Shown here: piece after piece, positions 38,631 through 50,861 of the stretch
How the letters are laid out: each line of letters begins with the position of its first letter
How positions within the stretch are numbered: the stretch's first letter is position 1
NCBI GenBank assembly: GCA_028534125.1
Contig: CM052817.1
Span: forward strand, 100,752,001 to 100,816,000
Direction of reading: 5' to 3'
DNA length: 64,000 bases
Source: Lama glama
Taxonomy: Eukaryota
Translations under genes and position numbers: made by a program
The notes under the pieces: model-generated
What the model saw: the letters and a program-made list of their open reading frames with translations, nothing else
Database searches by the model: none
What the model was told of the DNA's origin: nothing

Positions 38631-39564
38631 TATGAAATGTGAATTATAAGATACTTGGCTTTAAAAAGGAGGGGAGGCCTACTTAAACTTTCAAAAAATG
38701 TTAAAAGTTTCCATTGGTTTGGAGTCTTCAAGCTTATAATCATTTGAGACTATAAGCCAATAAAATAATTTTAGGCAACAGTTCTCCCCACAACCTGGCC
38801 TGAAGGCAAGAGAGGTATTGATTTGTATATATTTGTGTATTGGTTGGGAATGTTCAATTGAAGATGGGGGACATTGGTGGAAATAGTCACAGAAGAGTCA
38901 GTCAAAGAGCATGAACATCCTTATGAAATCAAAACTCTCCTCTGCAGGTGTTTATGGAGAGGGATCCCATCAATAAAGGTGTTAGCCAAGGCTGCTCTTG
39001 CTCAGTTATCAGTCACCAGAAAAAAATCATTTGATCTGACAAAATGGATGGCAAGAGGCTTTTATCAGCATGGACCAGGTTCAGATAAAACAGCCAAACA
39101 TCTGGGATTCTCTCCGAGGTAAAGCTCCTTCCCTGGTTTATGAAAAATGCATTTTCTCAAAACATCTGGTTTGAATTCCTTCCATTTTGATAATTTGGTA
39201 AACGGTTCAGAATATCACGTAGCGTGAATCAGCCAGTCTATTCAGCTATCCAGTGGGAAAGGCATCTTTGGTGAGCGACATGAGGGGACTAGAAAGCAAA
39301 TTAACTGTAAACTCTTATTTAATAAAGATGAGTGTGCAAATTTTTGATTGTCCACCATGATCATAGAAATGGACAGTAATAGTTACTGCCTGAATTAATT
39401 ATGCATCTGTGTTTATAGCAGTATATTGGCGTGTCTAGAGATGAAGGAAGGAAATCTTTCAGATACAAAATCAGGGCTAAGGAGAGCTGGGCTGAGAGGC
39501 GAGGAAGCCTTCCTGGAGCCTCTCAGCTTTTCCTTTAAATGGAATAATCCCCACGTGTGCCTGC

Positions 39565-39590
39565 ACGTGTGTGTGTGTGTGTGTGTGTGC
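39565..39590. repeat. (TG)n microsatellite preceded by two CACGTG E-boxes
   Basis: ccacgtgtgcctgcacgtgtgtgtg... Confidence 0.9.
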
Positions 39591-40519
39591 AAAGCTATCA
39601 CCCCGGGGAGCAAAGATTCCCATCCTAAGAACAGAAGGGGAGCAGAGCTACACACGGGAGGTCAACAGCAAAGCCAAGGTGTTCCTATCAGCCAACGACT
39701 TCTGAGCGGGAGGGGAGATTTATTTTAAGGCGATACTAGGTGCTGCCACCGCCTTCAGTCCCTGTGCCTTTTGCAGAGTTTCCAACAGCACTGTGCTGGG
39801 ACAGATCATCCAGAGGTTCACAAGCTCTGTGGTCCGAAGGAACCACTATGAGGAGGGGCCAGGGAAGAATTTACCATTTTCAGTGGAAAACAAGTGGCAG
39901 TTACTAGCTAAGATGACTGTACTTTGGATCTGGATTTGTTGCACCTTTCTTCATAGTAAGACATCAGCTGCTTAAAAAATAAACCAGGAAACATTTGAAG
40001 AGGAACATTTTAAGAGGTGCAATCCCTTTGAGAAAAAGGATGAAACTCTCGAACTCAATGTACTAGGTATGTTTGTCAATAAAGTTAAGGCATAAATCCT
40101 TAATGTCTCTTCTCTGAAATATGCAACATAATTGAGCATGTGCTTACTTTTTGTTTGGGTAATCTTCCATTATTAGTTTCTTGATTAAATATGTACATGA
40201 TTTAGCTTTAAAAAAAAGGTGATACCACAAGAAGTTATAAACATCCTCTCTACTTCTCTGACAGCTTACAGGGACATCTCTGCATAGACCAAAGAACAAC
40301 TGAGAGCAAGAGGGCGGAGGGAGAATTTCCTGGATAACAGGTGGCCGCTGCTGGCCCTGGCGGTGGTGCACTGCGGGAGGAAATGCTGGCCTTCTGCTCC
40401 CCACAGGTACTTACTGGCCCACGACAGCAACACAATGGATGAAGATGCTCTTCTTAAAAGGAGCACCTCAGGCAACTACAGAGGGAGAAAGAAAATTAAT
40501 GAAATGCCTCCGTGCAAGG

Positions 40520-40680
40520 AAATGACCATTTTGATGATGACAAGCATGGATGAGGAGTAGCAGGAAGCCTAGTGGGGGATTACTTAATGAAAACGTCCAG
40601 AGAGGATCCTGACAGACCAACACAGACACAGTGGAATCCTCAGCGAGGAGGGCTTAAAAGTCAACACCAGAACAGTTCTA
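40520..40680 (+). mobile_element. Possible L3/CR1 reverse-transcriptase remnant
   Basis: tttgatgatgaca (FADD-like) followed by tccagagaggatcctgacaga (QRDLDR-like). Confidence 0.35.
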
Positions 40681-41864
40681 TATATTTCCATGTGTTTAGC
40701 ACATACACATTTCGATGAGGTCAACCTGTTGGGTTAACTATTTTGGTTACCTCTGTATTGTTAGTGGATAGATGGATTCAGTGAATCTTAATTTATTTGG
40801 AGGATATTTATAAAGACCTGAATTAAAAAAAAATCTAAAGGCTTTGTTAAAGACAGAAAGCTGTCCTCCACAGAGCCAGTTTTAATTGCAGTCAAGGTTC
40901 TAGAGTGGGCAGACCCGGTCAGCGTCAACCCCTAGAGAACAGGGGAGGAAAGGGACTTGCTCACGTCGAGGCGGGTTTTACTGCACACTTGCAGGAGTGG
41001 ATGTCAGTGGTACATGAGTGCTTCTGATCCCAAAGGGAGAGGTTGAAGAAATAAAGAAAAGGACCACTAGTAGGCTCTTATTTTGCCATCTCCTTGACTT
41101 CTGTCTCTCATCCTTCCAAAGACTGTGTTTGTCCACTAGGTTGCAATTTCCTGGGACCACTGGTGGCACCGAATGTATTATGACATTCATTCTGGAGTGG
41201 TAATGACTGAGCTGAGAGTCAGGGAAACTGAATTTGAGTTCGTGATCTGTCCTAGACACCAGCTGAGTGACCCTACTCAAGTCTCCTGATCCTTCTCTTC
41301 ATGGTCCAGTTCTGCTGACAACATTCTCCTCCTCAGATCCAGAACCTTCTCTGGCTTGACTCTACCTGCCCTCACTTTCTGTGGCTCACTGATTCCTAAA
41401 CTCAACCTGGAGAAGTCCTCAGTGGTTTGGACCCATACACACACCTGGACTGGTGGGGCCTCTTTCCAAGAAAATCCCTCTCACCTGCAAAGGATCTGAG
41501 ACATTTCTCTGTTCCAGGGATGGTCCCCTTCTCACTGCCCTCCCCCCATGCCTACCTATCAAAGTCCAAGGCCAAGTCAAATCCTGAGCTCACCAAGAAA
41601 TATCCTTGGAGCCTCTCAGAACATTTCCTCTGTGCTCAGACTTATTTATGCCTATGTCTCTCTCCTGCTCCCCCTTGACTGTGGATTCCCCCCAGGGGAG
41701 ATCACTTTTCTTTGCCACAGCCCATGACGTTTGGCTCTGTTGAGTCTGTTGAGTTGCTTTGAACAAAATGATTTTATGTTTTCATTGAATAAATATTACT
41801 ATGATAAGTGTAAAAGAACTTCTGTTTAGATTACTTAGTATATGCACAATGCTGCCGGTTAAGT

Positions 41865-42160
41865 GTTTTTCAAAATTCCTTTGTTGAGATATAACTCACA
41901 TACTGTACAATCCACCCACTGAAAGTGTACGATTCAATGTTTCTGGTATATTGACAGGGTTGTGAAATCGTCACCACAATCTAATTTTAGAACAGTTTTG
42001 TCCCTTCTGAAAGAAACTCTGTCCCCATAAACTGTCTCTCCCGTGCCACCTCCCCTCGGCCCTCAGCTTGGTACTCATTTACTTTCTGTCTCTATAGATT
42101 TTCCTATGCTGGACATTTTATGTAAATGGACTCATACAACATATGGTGTTTTGTGATCTA
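41865..42160 (-). mobile_element. L1MB-like 3' end
   Basis: tttgttgagatataactcacatac...tactttctgtctctatagattttcctatgctggacatttta. Confidence 0.85.
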
Positions 42161-42609
42161 AGCTCTATGCTATTGAAACATACAGAGATTTTTCTTTTTA
42201 AAAGTTTGGCTCCTTTGAAGAAACCTCTGGCAAAGTCCACCTGAGAAGGGAGAAATCATTCATCAGGCAGGAAAAACACTGAGTGACCTTTTTAAGGGTA
42301 CTTGTATTTTCACAGCAAATAGAAATGCCATCACACAAACAAATGACCTTACTTAAGGGGAAGACACTCTGGGCGAATGTAAAACATGTCATGCGAGCAG
42401 TTGTTTTCTCCCAAGACTGGCTCTCACCTCTGGAATCTTCTGATCCTCTAGCAGACCCTGATTGGAGAAAGTGTCAAGTGCTTGGAAAAGGCAAAAAATT
42501 CTCCATATACCTTCTCACTAATAAGATGAAGTGCAGTGTTTCAACAACCCATGAAAAGTCTCCTGAGGATTAAACCCATCATCTTAAAGAAACAAGCGTA
42601 ATCCTTCCT

Positions 42610-43185
42610 TACCAATCTCATAACGTCTGAGCTGCACCTTTTTGCACATTTAAATGTTCTTTCAATTGGGATGTACCTTCCAGTTGCTGCTGGCCTGGTG
42701 GCAGTCCTGAAGGTGTTGTCATTGCAGACACAAGCACACACCTGTCACAGCTGTTCATAGGGCATTTCAGCTGAGATGTGTGCATGGTTGACACCACCTG
42801 TGCTGAGTCCCCAGGCCACATACGCTGTCTTCAGAAACGTACACTATGGTTTGACAGGGACATTCTGTATACCCGTTGCTCTTGACAGCACAGAGGATGA
42901 CATTATGTGAAGAAACACAGACATTGTTGATTGTGGATTAAGAAGTGATTTGGAAGATTCAAACTCTGTCCACTAAAAAAGTTTTAGGAATACCCTAAGC
43001 TGTTATTTCTCTTTTTATGTATGTACCAGAATGATAGGTGATTTTTAGACACTCTGCGTCTAAGTCAGTCTGAAAGTGTTTCCAAAATGATTTTTTTAAA
43101 GCTTGTGTCAAAGTTGAATTAGCAGGTATTTGTTTCTTTCTTAGTGGTACCTAAAATGATGATATATTTTACAATCTTAAATTCT
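42610..43185 (+). mobile_element. Tigger13a-like DNA transposon fossil
   Basis: 5' ctttttgcacatttaaatgttctttcaattgggatg, internal gctcttgacagcacagaggatgacatt, 3' ttctttcttagtggtacctaaaatgatg...ttacaatc. Confidence 0.7.
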
Positions 43186-43909
43186 GCCTCTGAAACTCGC
43201 TCTATCCCTGGTGTGTTATCTCATTCCATGCCCTCTGTGAATTTAGAGAAGAGTCTGAGAAATGAAGCTGAACTCTCAGCATCTCGAGCCAGCGGGGCTA
43301 GAGAAAAATGAGTCTTACATAAGGAACTCCTGAGGTTGCTTCTCATGCCCCGGTGCTTGTGCGGAGAACAACAGCAACAGTCCTGCTAGAGACAAGCAAG
43401 CTGTGATGCACAGGATTCAAGTGGGATTTCGTTTTCAGAGGACTGGCCAGACGCTCTATGTGCTCCTGGAACCCTCCGAAGGATTGCAGAACTCCATAAA
43501 CTATATGCTGACATCATCCCTGTCTGGGCAAAGACAGGACCAGCAGCCACCCAAGAATGGCCTTTCAGAATCCCTAATGAATTAATCACCGTAAACTAAG
43601 AGCGGGAGAGGCACTGGCTCATGCCATCACTCTGCCTCTGCCCAGGAGTTCCACGTCCCAGTCACCAATTAACTTTACAGTCGCATCTGCCTCTCCTGCC
43701 AAACTCTCCCATAAAGGAATTTACCACCTTCTGTTCTGCTTTTCTTCCTAAATGTGAATCAGAAACCAACAGTACCATTTAAAAAGGCACTATCAGCAAA
43801 TCCAATTATGCTCCCAAGCACCTTTACACAGAATGAGTGAGTACTTCTGCACTTCCTTTTGTGGCTTTATTAACGACGCTGGCGGCAGAAGCTCGCCGCT
43901 CACTGGGGC

Positions 43910-44150
43910 CAATAATAATAAAAGATGCTTGTTTATGTGCTGGGCACTGTTCTCAGGGCTTCATATATATTACATCATCTAATTCTCATGAGAATCCTAT
44001 GAGGCAAGTGCTGTTATTACACACGTAACAGATGAGGAAACTGAGGCATAAGGAAGTTAAGAAACTCACTCAAGGTCACCCAGCTCTAGGTAGAAGAGAT
44101 GGGGGTTGAACCCAGGCAAGCTGGCTCCAGAGATCATGCTTCTAACCACA
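43910..44150 (-). mobile_element. MIR (near full length)
   Basis: acagatgaggaaactgaggcataaggaagttaagaaactcactcaaggtcacccagct...ttgaacccaggca. Confidence 0.9.
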
Positions 44151-45999
44151 ATAGTGCTTGGCCATGAAGAAAGATGATCAGATTCCACACCTTGCCTTTT
44201 CCTAAGTAAAGTATGTGATGTTTAGCTGGCCCTACGGTTCTCACACCTTTAAAAATCAGTCTTACTTCGAACTCAATGTATATAAAGAATCTAATCCAAG
44301 ATGCTCTGCTTAAAATGGGTGCAAAGTCCTGTAGGCATCGTCCTTGTCTGGGTTTCCTCCGGACCCCAGAGGTGGCCTTGGGCATTTCCTGGGACTTCAG
44401 GGGTTTCTGGGAAACCTCTACCTAAATGCCTCTACTTACTGTCAAGTTACCCAAGATCTCAAAGAAGCAGCTAATTTCCCCAGGCTGCCAAGCCTGTCTC
44501 AGGCATCCGGAGGGCAGAGCCCGGCTCTTCTGATCAACTCCTGGCTCGCTGGCCCTGCCCCAGCCCGCTGCCTCTGCATGTCGGTTAGCTCTGGCTACCC
44601 TGCACTTAATGAGGACAAACAAATGTGCTCATCGCGTGGAGTTCAAGTGTGAATGATGCGATCATTCTGCTCCTACTTAGCAATCCTTTCTCTGGAAAGA
44701 TCTAGGCCAGATGCTGCAGCGTTTTTAACACAAACTCCCAGATAACAGCGGCATGCTCACCGGGCAGTCCTCAAACTCAAGACTGCAGGCTGGTTCTGCT
44801 CTTGCGTTCAACTCATTTAGTCTCATCTTCAAGGGACCTCCTTGTCCAGCTATTGCTAATATTTTGCCCCAGATAGGGTGTGGAAGTCTGTCCTTCTCAC
44901 CTATCCCTAATAAGATAGTGGACAGAAATCCTATACCACCTGAGAAATTGTGAAGGGCTCATTCAAGTTGCTAATATCTGTTTCTGGGAGTATAAATCCC
45001 AAACTTCCTCTGTATGGATCACTTTGTATTTGCAGAGAGCTCACAAAGCGTCATTATTTTTGCAAGCATTGCCACTTGAAATGAATCTGCGTCCTTTCCT
45101 TGAAAATGAATCTGGGTCTTTCCTTCGCAGCAGGCACTAGCAAGACCTTTCCTGAGGGCTCACCCAGACAGATGGAATCATTGGCCGGGAAGTAACAGTA
45201 ACATACAATCACCACTCTGTATTTTTAAGTTAATAGAGAAATGATTCTTTGATTGCAGCACTTTCCTTTGTGTTAACTGAACGTTTGCCACCTGACCTGA
45301 CAGTGTAACAGTTTTCTCAGAACCTTGGTCACATGGAGAAAAAACCTGGGCAGTCTTGCCTCCCTTCCCTGGCTTCTCTGATGCTGTTTCGGTAACTTCA
45401 ATAGTGTGATACGTTGATGTAGGATAGAAGGGGAAAAAAAGGAATTAAACTTTTTGCTCAATACAGGTTTCAAAAATTCCATCTTCCTCTATGTGAATAG
45501 ATACATTATGTTTAGTCAAAGGCAACCACAGTTTTATGTTCTGCATCTTCAGAAAGGTCTGTCTCCATCTTTGGTATGCTTGGCCAAGTTATTTATGCTC
45601 ACACTTAATTTCTCTCTGGAAATAATGCCTTATGAATCATTAAGAAATACAACTTCCCTCTCGCTCTGGCTTGAGATCAGGGAGCTTTCAGCCATAACTT
45701 GGAAAATTGTGGAGAAAGTAAGCCGCTCAGTTATGAAAGACATTATTAATGTAGGAAGATAATCCGTCTGCCTTATGTTAAGGTGGCTATCTTCTTGGAT
45801 CTCCCTCAAGTCTTAAGTCAGTGGTGTGGGGTGAGACTAAGCAGTGGGTAAACTTTTTTTTTGTCTGGATGCAACCAAGTATAAAAGAAAAAAAAATACC
45901 ATCCTTCAGAAGATATTCTACTAACAATAAACACTATTAGAATTGCCTCATTTCTTCCAGTAATTTTTTTTCCTAATGCAATTGCTTTTAAGTGGAGCA

Positions 46000-46095
46000 T
46001 TTTCAATATACAGATGTGCAGTCTCCACCCAAGAGCTGCTAGGTCAGACTCTTTGGGGATGTGACCCAAGAAGTGTGTCCAAAAAGGTTCACACA
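46000..46095. mobile_element. MER5-like fragment
   Basis: aatatacagatgtgcagtctccacccaagag...tcagactctttgggg. Confidence 0.5.
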
Positions 46096-46164
46096 TTTTT
46101 TTTGCTGTGCTTACACCAATTGGCTAAGAATGACTTCTCTCAATGGTTTACTTTGGTATTGTAA

Positions 46165-46455
46165 TTTTTAAAAATTTATAGTGTACAACATGACGACTTT
46201 AACTAACACAGCTGTATGATATATAGGAAAGCTGTTAAGAGGGTAAACCCCATGAGTTCTCAACACAAGTAGAAATTTTTTTCCTTTTTTCTGTCCTTTT
46301 TTTTTTTATGGTATCTCTCTATGAAGATGGATGTTACCTGAACCTGTTGTGATAATATTTTCACAGTAGATGTAAATCAAACCATCATATGCCATGCCTT
46401 ATACTTATCCAGGGATGCATGTCAATTACATCTCAAGAAAACTGGAAAAAAATGT
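46165..46455 (+). mobile_element. L1MB1/2-like 3' end
   Basis: gctgttaagagggtaaacccc...atgtcaattacatctcaagaaaactggaaaaaa. Confidence 0.85.
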
Positions 46456-47039
46456 AAAGCCCTCACGTGACTTTTTGCAACGTTTTCTTGATTTCATTAA
46501 TGGCAAAAATTAATTTCACTGGTTAAAATTTCATGACTCCAGAAGATGATTTAAAGGGTAAAGTTGAAAACAAATGCTACTTGAGGGAGGGCAGATGGGA
46601 TGAAAAGTTTGAGGACTTCACCAAGTTTCACGCTGAAGAAAGCATCATTTGTGGGGGTTAAAAACTCTTACCATCTGCTGACTGTATGCGATGACTTGGT
46701 GCCAAGCCAGCAGCAGACAGGAGCCTCTGGGTCCCAAATACAGCTTGGCCACTGTCACTAACAGGCAATCTTAAGTGTAGGGGCTGCACACTGAGCAGAT
46801 CCAGCAGGGCCTCTAACCTGTGTAGGTGTCCTCTTTCCTGGGGAGGATCCCTGAAGACTTGGGGACCACTGAACATCCATGGAGTGGGCCCTCCGAAGCT
46901 GCTGTCCCCAGTGTGAGTGCGGCAAGGGTGAAATGGTTAAACCAAGTATAAAAAGTAGGCTAGACTGCACCAAGTTTACGTTAATAGATTAGATTGTAGT
47001 TTCATGCCTATAAACTCATTTTACACAAAGAGCATTTTC

Positions 47040-47470
47040 TCCTGGGTAAAACGACTCCCTTTCAAAATGGCAAAACCTGAACAAGAAGGAATCACAATCG
47101 GCTAAGTCTATGCTGAGTGGCGGTTTTCTGTGTACAGATGCCCACCGTGAGTCGCTTGTGAAATCAACCACTGTGGCCGTTCCCGCACAGGCTCTGCTGA
47201 TTTTACAAATACATGGTAATGCAGCCGCCTCTCCAAGGGCAGGCTCCAGCCCGAGGTTTGCACAGCCAGCAGAAATCATTTCTTGCAAGAGATAGAATTT
47301 CGTTGTTTAGCAAGATTCCATCAAAGGAAGCTGCACCCTCAGCCGCACACGCTTGCCTATTTCAGAGGAGGTGGCTGCCCTCCTGGGCTGCTTCCTTTCA
47401 AATTAATGGGCAGCCAGCAGGTAATCAATGCCTTTTATACGGGAGGGCAGAGGAGATTCTGGAGGTCTCT
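47040..47470. promoter_or_regulatory. Candidate enhancer / conserved non-coding element
   Basis: Repeat-free with CpG retention, TCF/LEF-type ATCAAAG (~47320) and homeodomain-type AATTAATG and TAATCAAT. Confidence 0.35.
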
Positions 47471-47634
47471 ATGTTGGGAATATTTATCATGTGAGGCAAA
47501 TATGAGGTTTAAAGAAAATAACATGCGTTGCTTTTTCTTGATTATAAGAGTAAATTGTGTTCAATACAGAAATGTTGAAAGAAAGCTTGAAAAAAAAAAC
47601 ACACTTAATTCAATCATTCAAAGATAAGCATTCT

Positions 47635-47744
47635 GGGTGCGTGATGTGGGTATAGCTCAGTGGCAGAGTGCATGCTTAGCATAAACAAGGTCCTGGGTTC
47701 AATCCCCAGTACCTCCAGTAAAAAAAAATAATAATAATAATAAA
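47635..47744 (+). mobile_element. Short Vic-1-type SINE (tRNA head plus A/TAA tail) with TSD
   Basis: TSD aaagataa(g/c)cattct at 47620-47634 and 47745-47759, inserted in old L1ME sequence. Confidence 0.95.
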
Positions 47745-48340
47745 AAAGATAACCATTCTAATATTTTAGTGTCCTTTGCAGCCTCTTAGGCAATTGGCAT
47801 GATACCCTATATTCAGTGAGCAGCCTGCTTTCTCATTTAATATATTGTACAGTCTGGACATTTAGTTGCTTCTTTTCAGTGATTATGAAAATTTTTTTAG
47901 TGAATCACCTTGCATGTAATTTTTAGTTTGCATTTCTGATGATTTCCTTAAGGTAGATTCAGAGAAGTGGGATTTCCAGATCAAAAGATAGAAATGAACA
48001 TCATGGCATTTAAACAGATTTTCTAGGTTAATTGGAAAACACACTGCTGTGCTTACTGGTCGTGTCTGGCTGTTTCTGGATCAGGAAAAAACACCTGCCA
48101 TCAGCTTTTGTCATTCCAACACTTTTTGATGTTGTTCTGGTAGGCGGTCTGCTGCTTCCTCTGGAGAACAGTTGATTGAATGACAGGACCCAGCTTTCCA
48201 GCTTCCATGGATCTCGTCACACCTTCTTCTCGTAACTACATCAATGGGCCCTCCTGCTCTGTGTGTTCCAGGAGGAGTCAACAAATGAGAGACTCTGGCC
48301 ACAGCTGGAAGGTGATAGGACAAAGAATTTGTATAGACAA

Positions 48341-48354
48341 ATTTTTTAAATATC

Positions 48355-48402
<48 letters not shown>

Positions 48403-48479
48403 TGGCAGTACTAAAGATTGAACCCAGGACCTTGTGCATGCTAAGCATATGTTCTACCACTGAGTTATTACCCTCTGCC
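48341..48479 (-). mobile_element. Vic-1-type SINE with (TTTA)n tail
   Basis: gattgaacccaggaccttgtgcatgctaagc...ctaccactgagtta. Confidence 0.9.
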
Positions 48480-48505
48480 TGACAGAATAAAGAATTTGGA
48501 TCTTG

Positions 48506-48632
48506 TGGGGGACGGTGTAGCTCAAGCGGTAGAGCACGTGCTTAGCATGCACGAGGTTCTGGGTTCAATCCCTGGCATCTCCTCCAAAAATAAATAAGTA
48601 AACTTAATTACCTCCTCCTGCCAAAAAAAAAA
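48506..48632 (+). mobile_element. Vic-1-type SINE with a perfect 17-bp TSD
   Basis: TSD aaagaatttggatcttg at 48489-48505 and 48633-48649; head closely resembles tRNA-Ala(AGC). Confidence 0.95.
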
Positions 48633-48699
48633 AAAGAATTTGGATCTTGCCCCCTGAAGAATCACTGTGGGTTCGCTGCATCTTTTTTTTTCTTTTTTA

Positions 48700-49196
48700 A
48701 AACCTGTATTTTTTTTATTGTGGTAAAAGAAAAAAATAACATTTACAATTTTAACCATTTTTAGTTGTACAATTCAGTGGTGTTAAGTACATTCTCAGTA
48801 TTGTGCAACCATCACTACTATCCATTTCAAGAACTTTTTCATCATCCCAAGCAGAAATTCCATCTCCATTAAACAATAACTCTTCATCACCCCTCCCCGG
48901 TCATTTCTATTCTACTTTTTGTTTCTATGAATTTGCTTAGTCTAGGTACCTCTTGTAAGTGGAATCATATGATATTCGTCCTTTTGTGTCTGGCTTATTT
49001 CACATAGCAAAATGTTTTCAAAATTCAGGCATGCCACAGCATGTATCAGAATTTCAACCCTTTTTAAGGCTGAATAATATTTCTTTGTCTGGATATATGG
49101 CATTTTGTTGATCCACTCATCTGTTGATGGGCATGTGGGTTGTTTCCACCTTTTGGCTATTGTGAATAAAGCTGCTATGAACATTGTGTACAAAGT
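48700..49196 (-). mobile_element. L1MB-like 3' end
   Basis: ORF 48942-49202 (FIAALFTIAKRWKQPTCPSTDEWINKM) is the L1 ORF2 C-terminus. Confidence 0.9.
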
Positions 49197-49440
49197 CTGC
49201 ATCCTCTCTCAAGGCTGTAAATCCTGTCCTGTTTATACAACTACCCTCTGTTGGTTCCAATAGCACTCCCTTTCCTTGGCCCTTAGGCTTAGGGTGGTGG
49301 TGGCTCATCCTGGGGGTTCTGCACCCTGTGGGCTTCCTACACCCTACACATGCTTTTATAATTCTTCTCTTTATTAATCTTTCTTCAAATTATGCAGTTT
49401 GGGGGTGTCATCTATTCCCTGCCAGATTTCTAACTTGCAC
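49197..49440 (+). mobile_element. ERVL LTR 3' part (LTR40/41-like)
   Basis: ccttggcccttaggcttagggtggtg...tttattaatctttcttcaaatta...gtgtcatctattccctgcc. Confidence 0.6.
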
Positions 49441-49524
49441 TAAACTTTTGCTATAAACTGTCTCTACTTTAATCCTGAAACAATTGGATACCTCTCAAAG
49501 AATTAGGCCAGTTGGCCGCTACGC

Positions 49525-49685
49525 TACCCCTAGATACTGACAAGCACCTGGACATTTAAAATAATACAGATGCCCAGGCTCCATTCCACTTCAACTGATT
49601 CAAAAAATTTAGTGCGAGGACCTGGAAAAGCTTCCTTTTAAAGCAGTTTCCCAGTGATTCTAACGCTATTGGCCCAAAGTCTAAC
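49525..49685. mobile_element. MER5A/B-like MITE
   Basis: taaaataatacagatgcccaggctcc...gacctggaaa...ttcccagtgattctaa. Confidence 0.65.
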
Positions 49686-50478
49686 ACGAACCCCTGGCAA
49701 CTGAGACTCTTGTTTGCATCCCTGAACCAATGTAGTTCTAGGTCTGCTTTAAGAACTTAGGCCAACGTTTTTGAACTAAAATAGCCAAAGTATATTGAAA
49801 TGAAGATATTTGAAAATTAATCACTTTTCATTCACATGTACTTTCTAAATTAACTTTGTTTAATATTGGGTATCTTCCAAAGGATCAGCTTTTAGAAAGG
49901 AAGAGCAGAGAAGGATTTTCATACCCAGAAATTGTCTTCTAAGCTGCCAACATCTTGCCCATTTTTCTCTAGGCACTGTCTCATTTGTGCCCTAATGTTT
50001 TTATGTTCAAGATTCTGTAGCAGCAGTAAAAGGCTAAGATTGAGAAGCTACTAGCATGCAATCTTCAGACTTCGAAAAGTCGCTTAATTCACAGGACTTC
50101 TTGTAGCATATTTTCTGAGGTACACAAACCCAGCTCTCCTTAAGTGCAATCCTGTTAAAAGCCACACCAGCCAGCTATGACTGTGTTATAGTCCCTCGTC
50201 CCTCCTGGCAAACAATGGCAGCAAAGATAAATGGTGCTCAGAGAGAAATAGGGGCTGAAAGGCAAGATAAGAAAACAGCCCTTATCTACCTCAATATTTT
50301 CCCAAAGTCAACTGTGAATTCATAATACATAAGTTATAATATTTTTTGATTATTACCTTGTTTTTATTCTCAACCCTTTGACGTGGTAGTTTCTGGCAAT
50401 TCATTTGACTTCCCTTATTTTCAATTTCTTCATCTACAAAAAAGAGAAAATATATTTTGCTTACTAAAAAGCATCTAA

Positions 50479-50861
50479 AAAGAAAACTACCATATGATAT
50501 CACTTTTATATGGAATTGGAAAAAAAGACACAAATGAGCTTATTTACAAAACAGAAACAGACTCACAGACATAGAAAACGAACTTATGGTTACAGGATTG
50601 AAGGGAGATGATGGGAAGAGATAAATTGGAGTTCGAGATTTGCAGATATTAATGTATATAAAATAGATAAATAGCAAGTTTATGCTGTATAGCACAGGGA
50701 ACTATATTCAATATCTTGTAGTAACCTATAATGAAAAAGAATATGAAAACAAATATATGTATGTATATGTATGACTGATACATTATGTTGTATACCAGAA
50801 ATTGATGCAACATTATAAACTGACTATATGTCAATTAAATAAATGAATAAATTAATAAAAA
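50479..50861 (+). mobile_element. L1 3' end with a 14-bp TSD
   Basis: TSD taaaaagcatctaa at 50465-50478 and 50862-50875. Confidence 0.95.

Noticed and set aside
45075..45122. 24-bp tandem duplication (similar short duplications at ~5764-5796, ~28539-28568 and ~59579-59623)
   Set aside because: Two-copy slippage duplications are ordinary and do not form an array.
48506..48585. tRNA-Ala(AGC)-like sequences (also 4437, 8941, 18247, 25484, 47635, 48341, 52454)
   Set aside because: All have A-rich tails and an altered acceptor stem, and several have TSDs, so they are SINE heads rather than tRNA genes.
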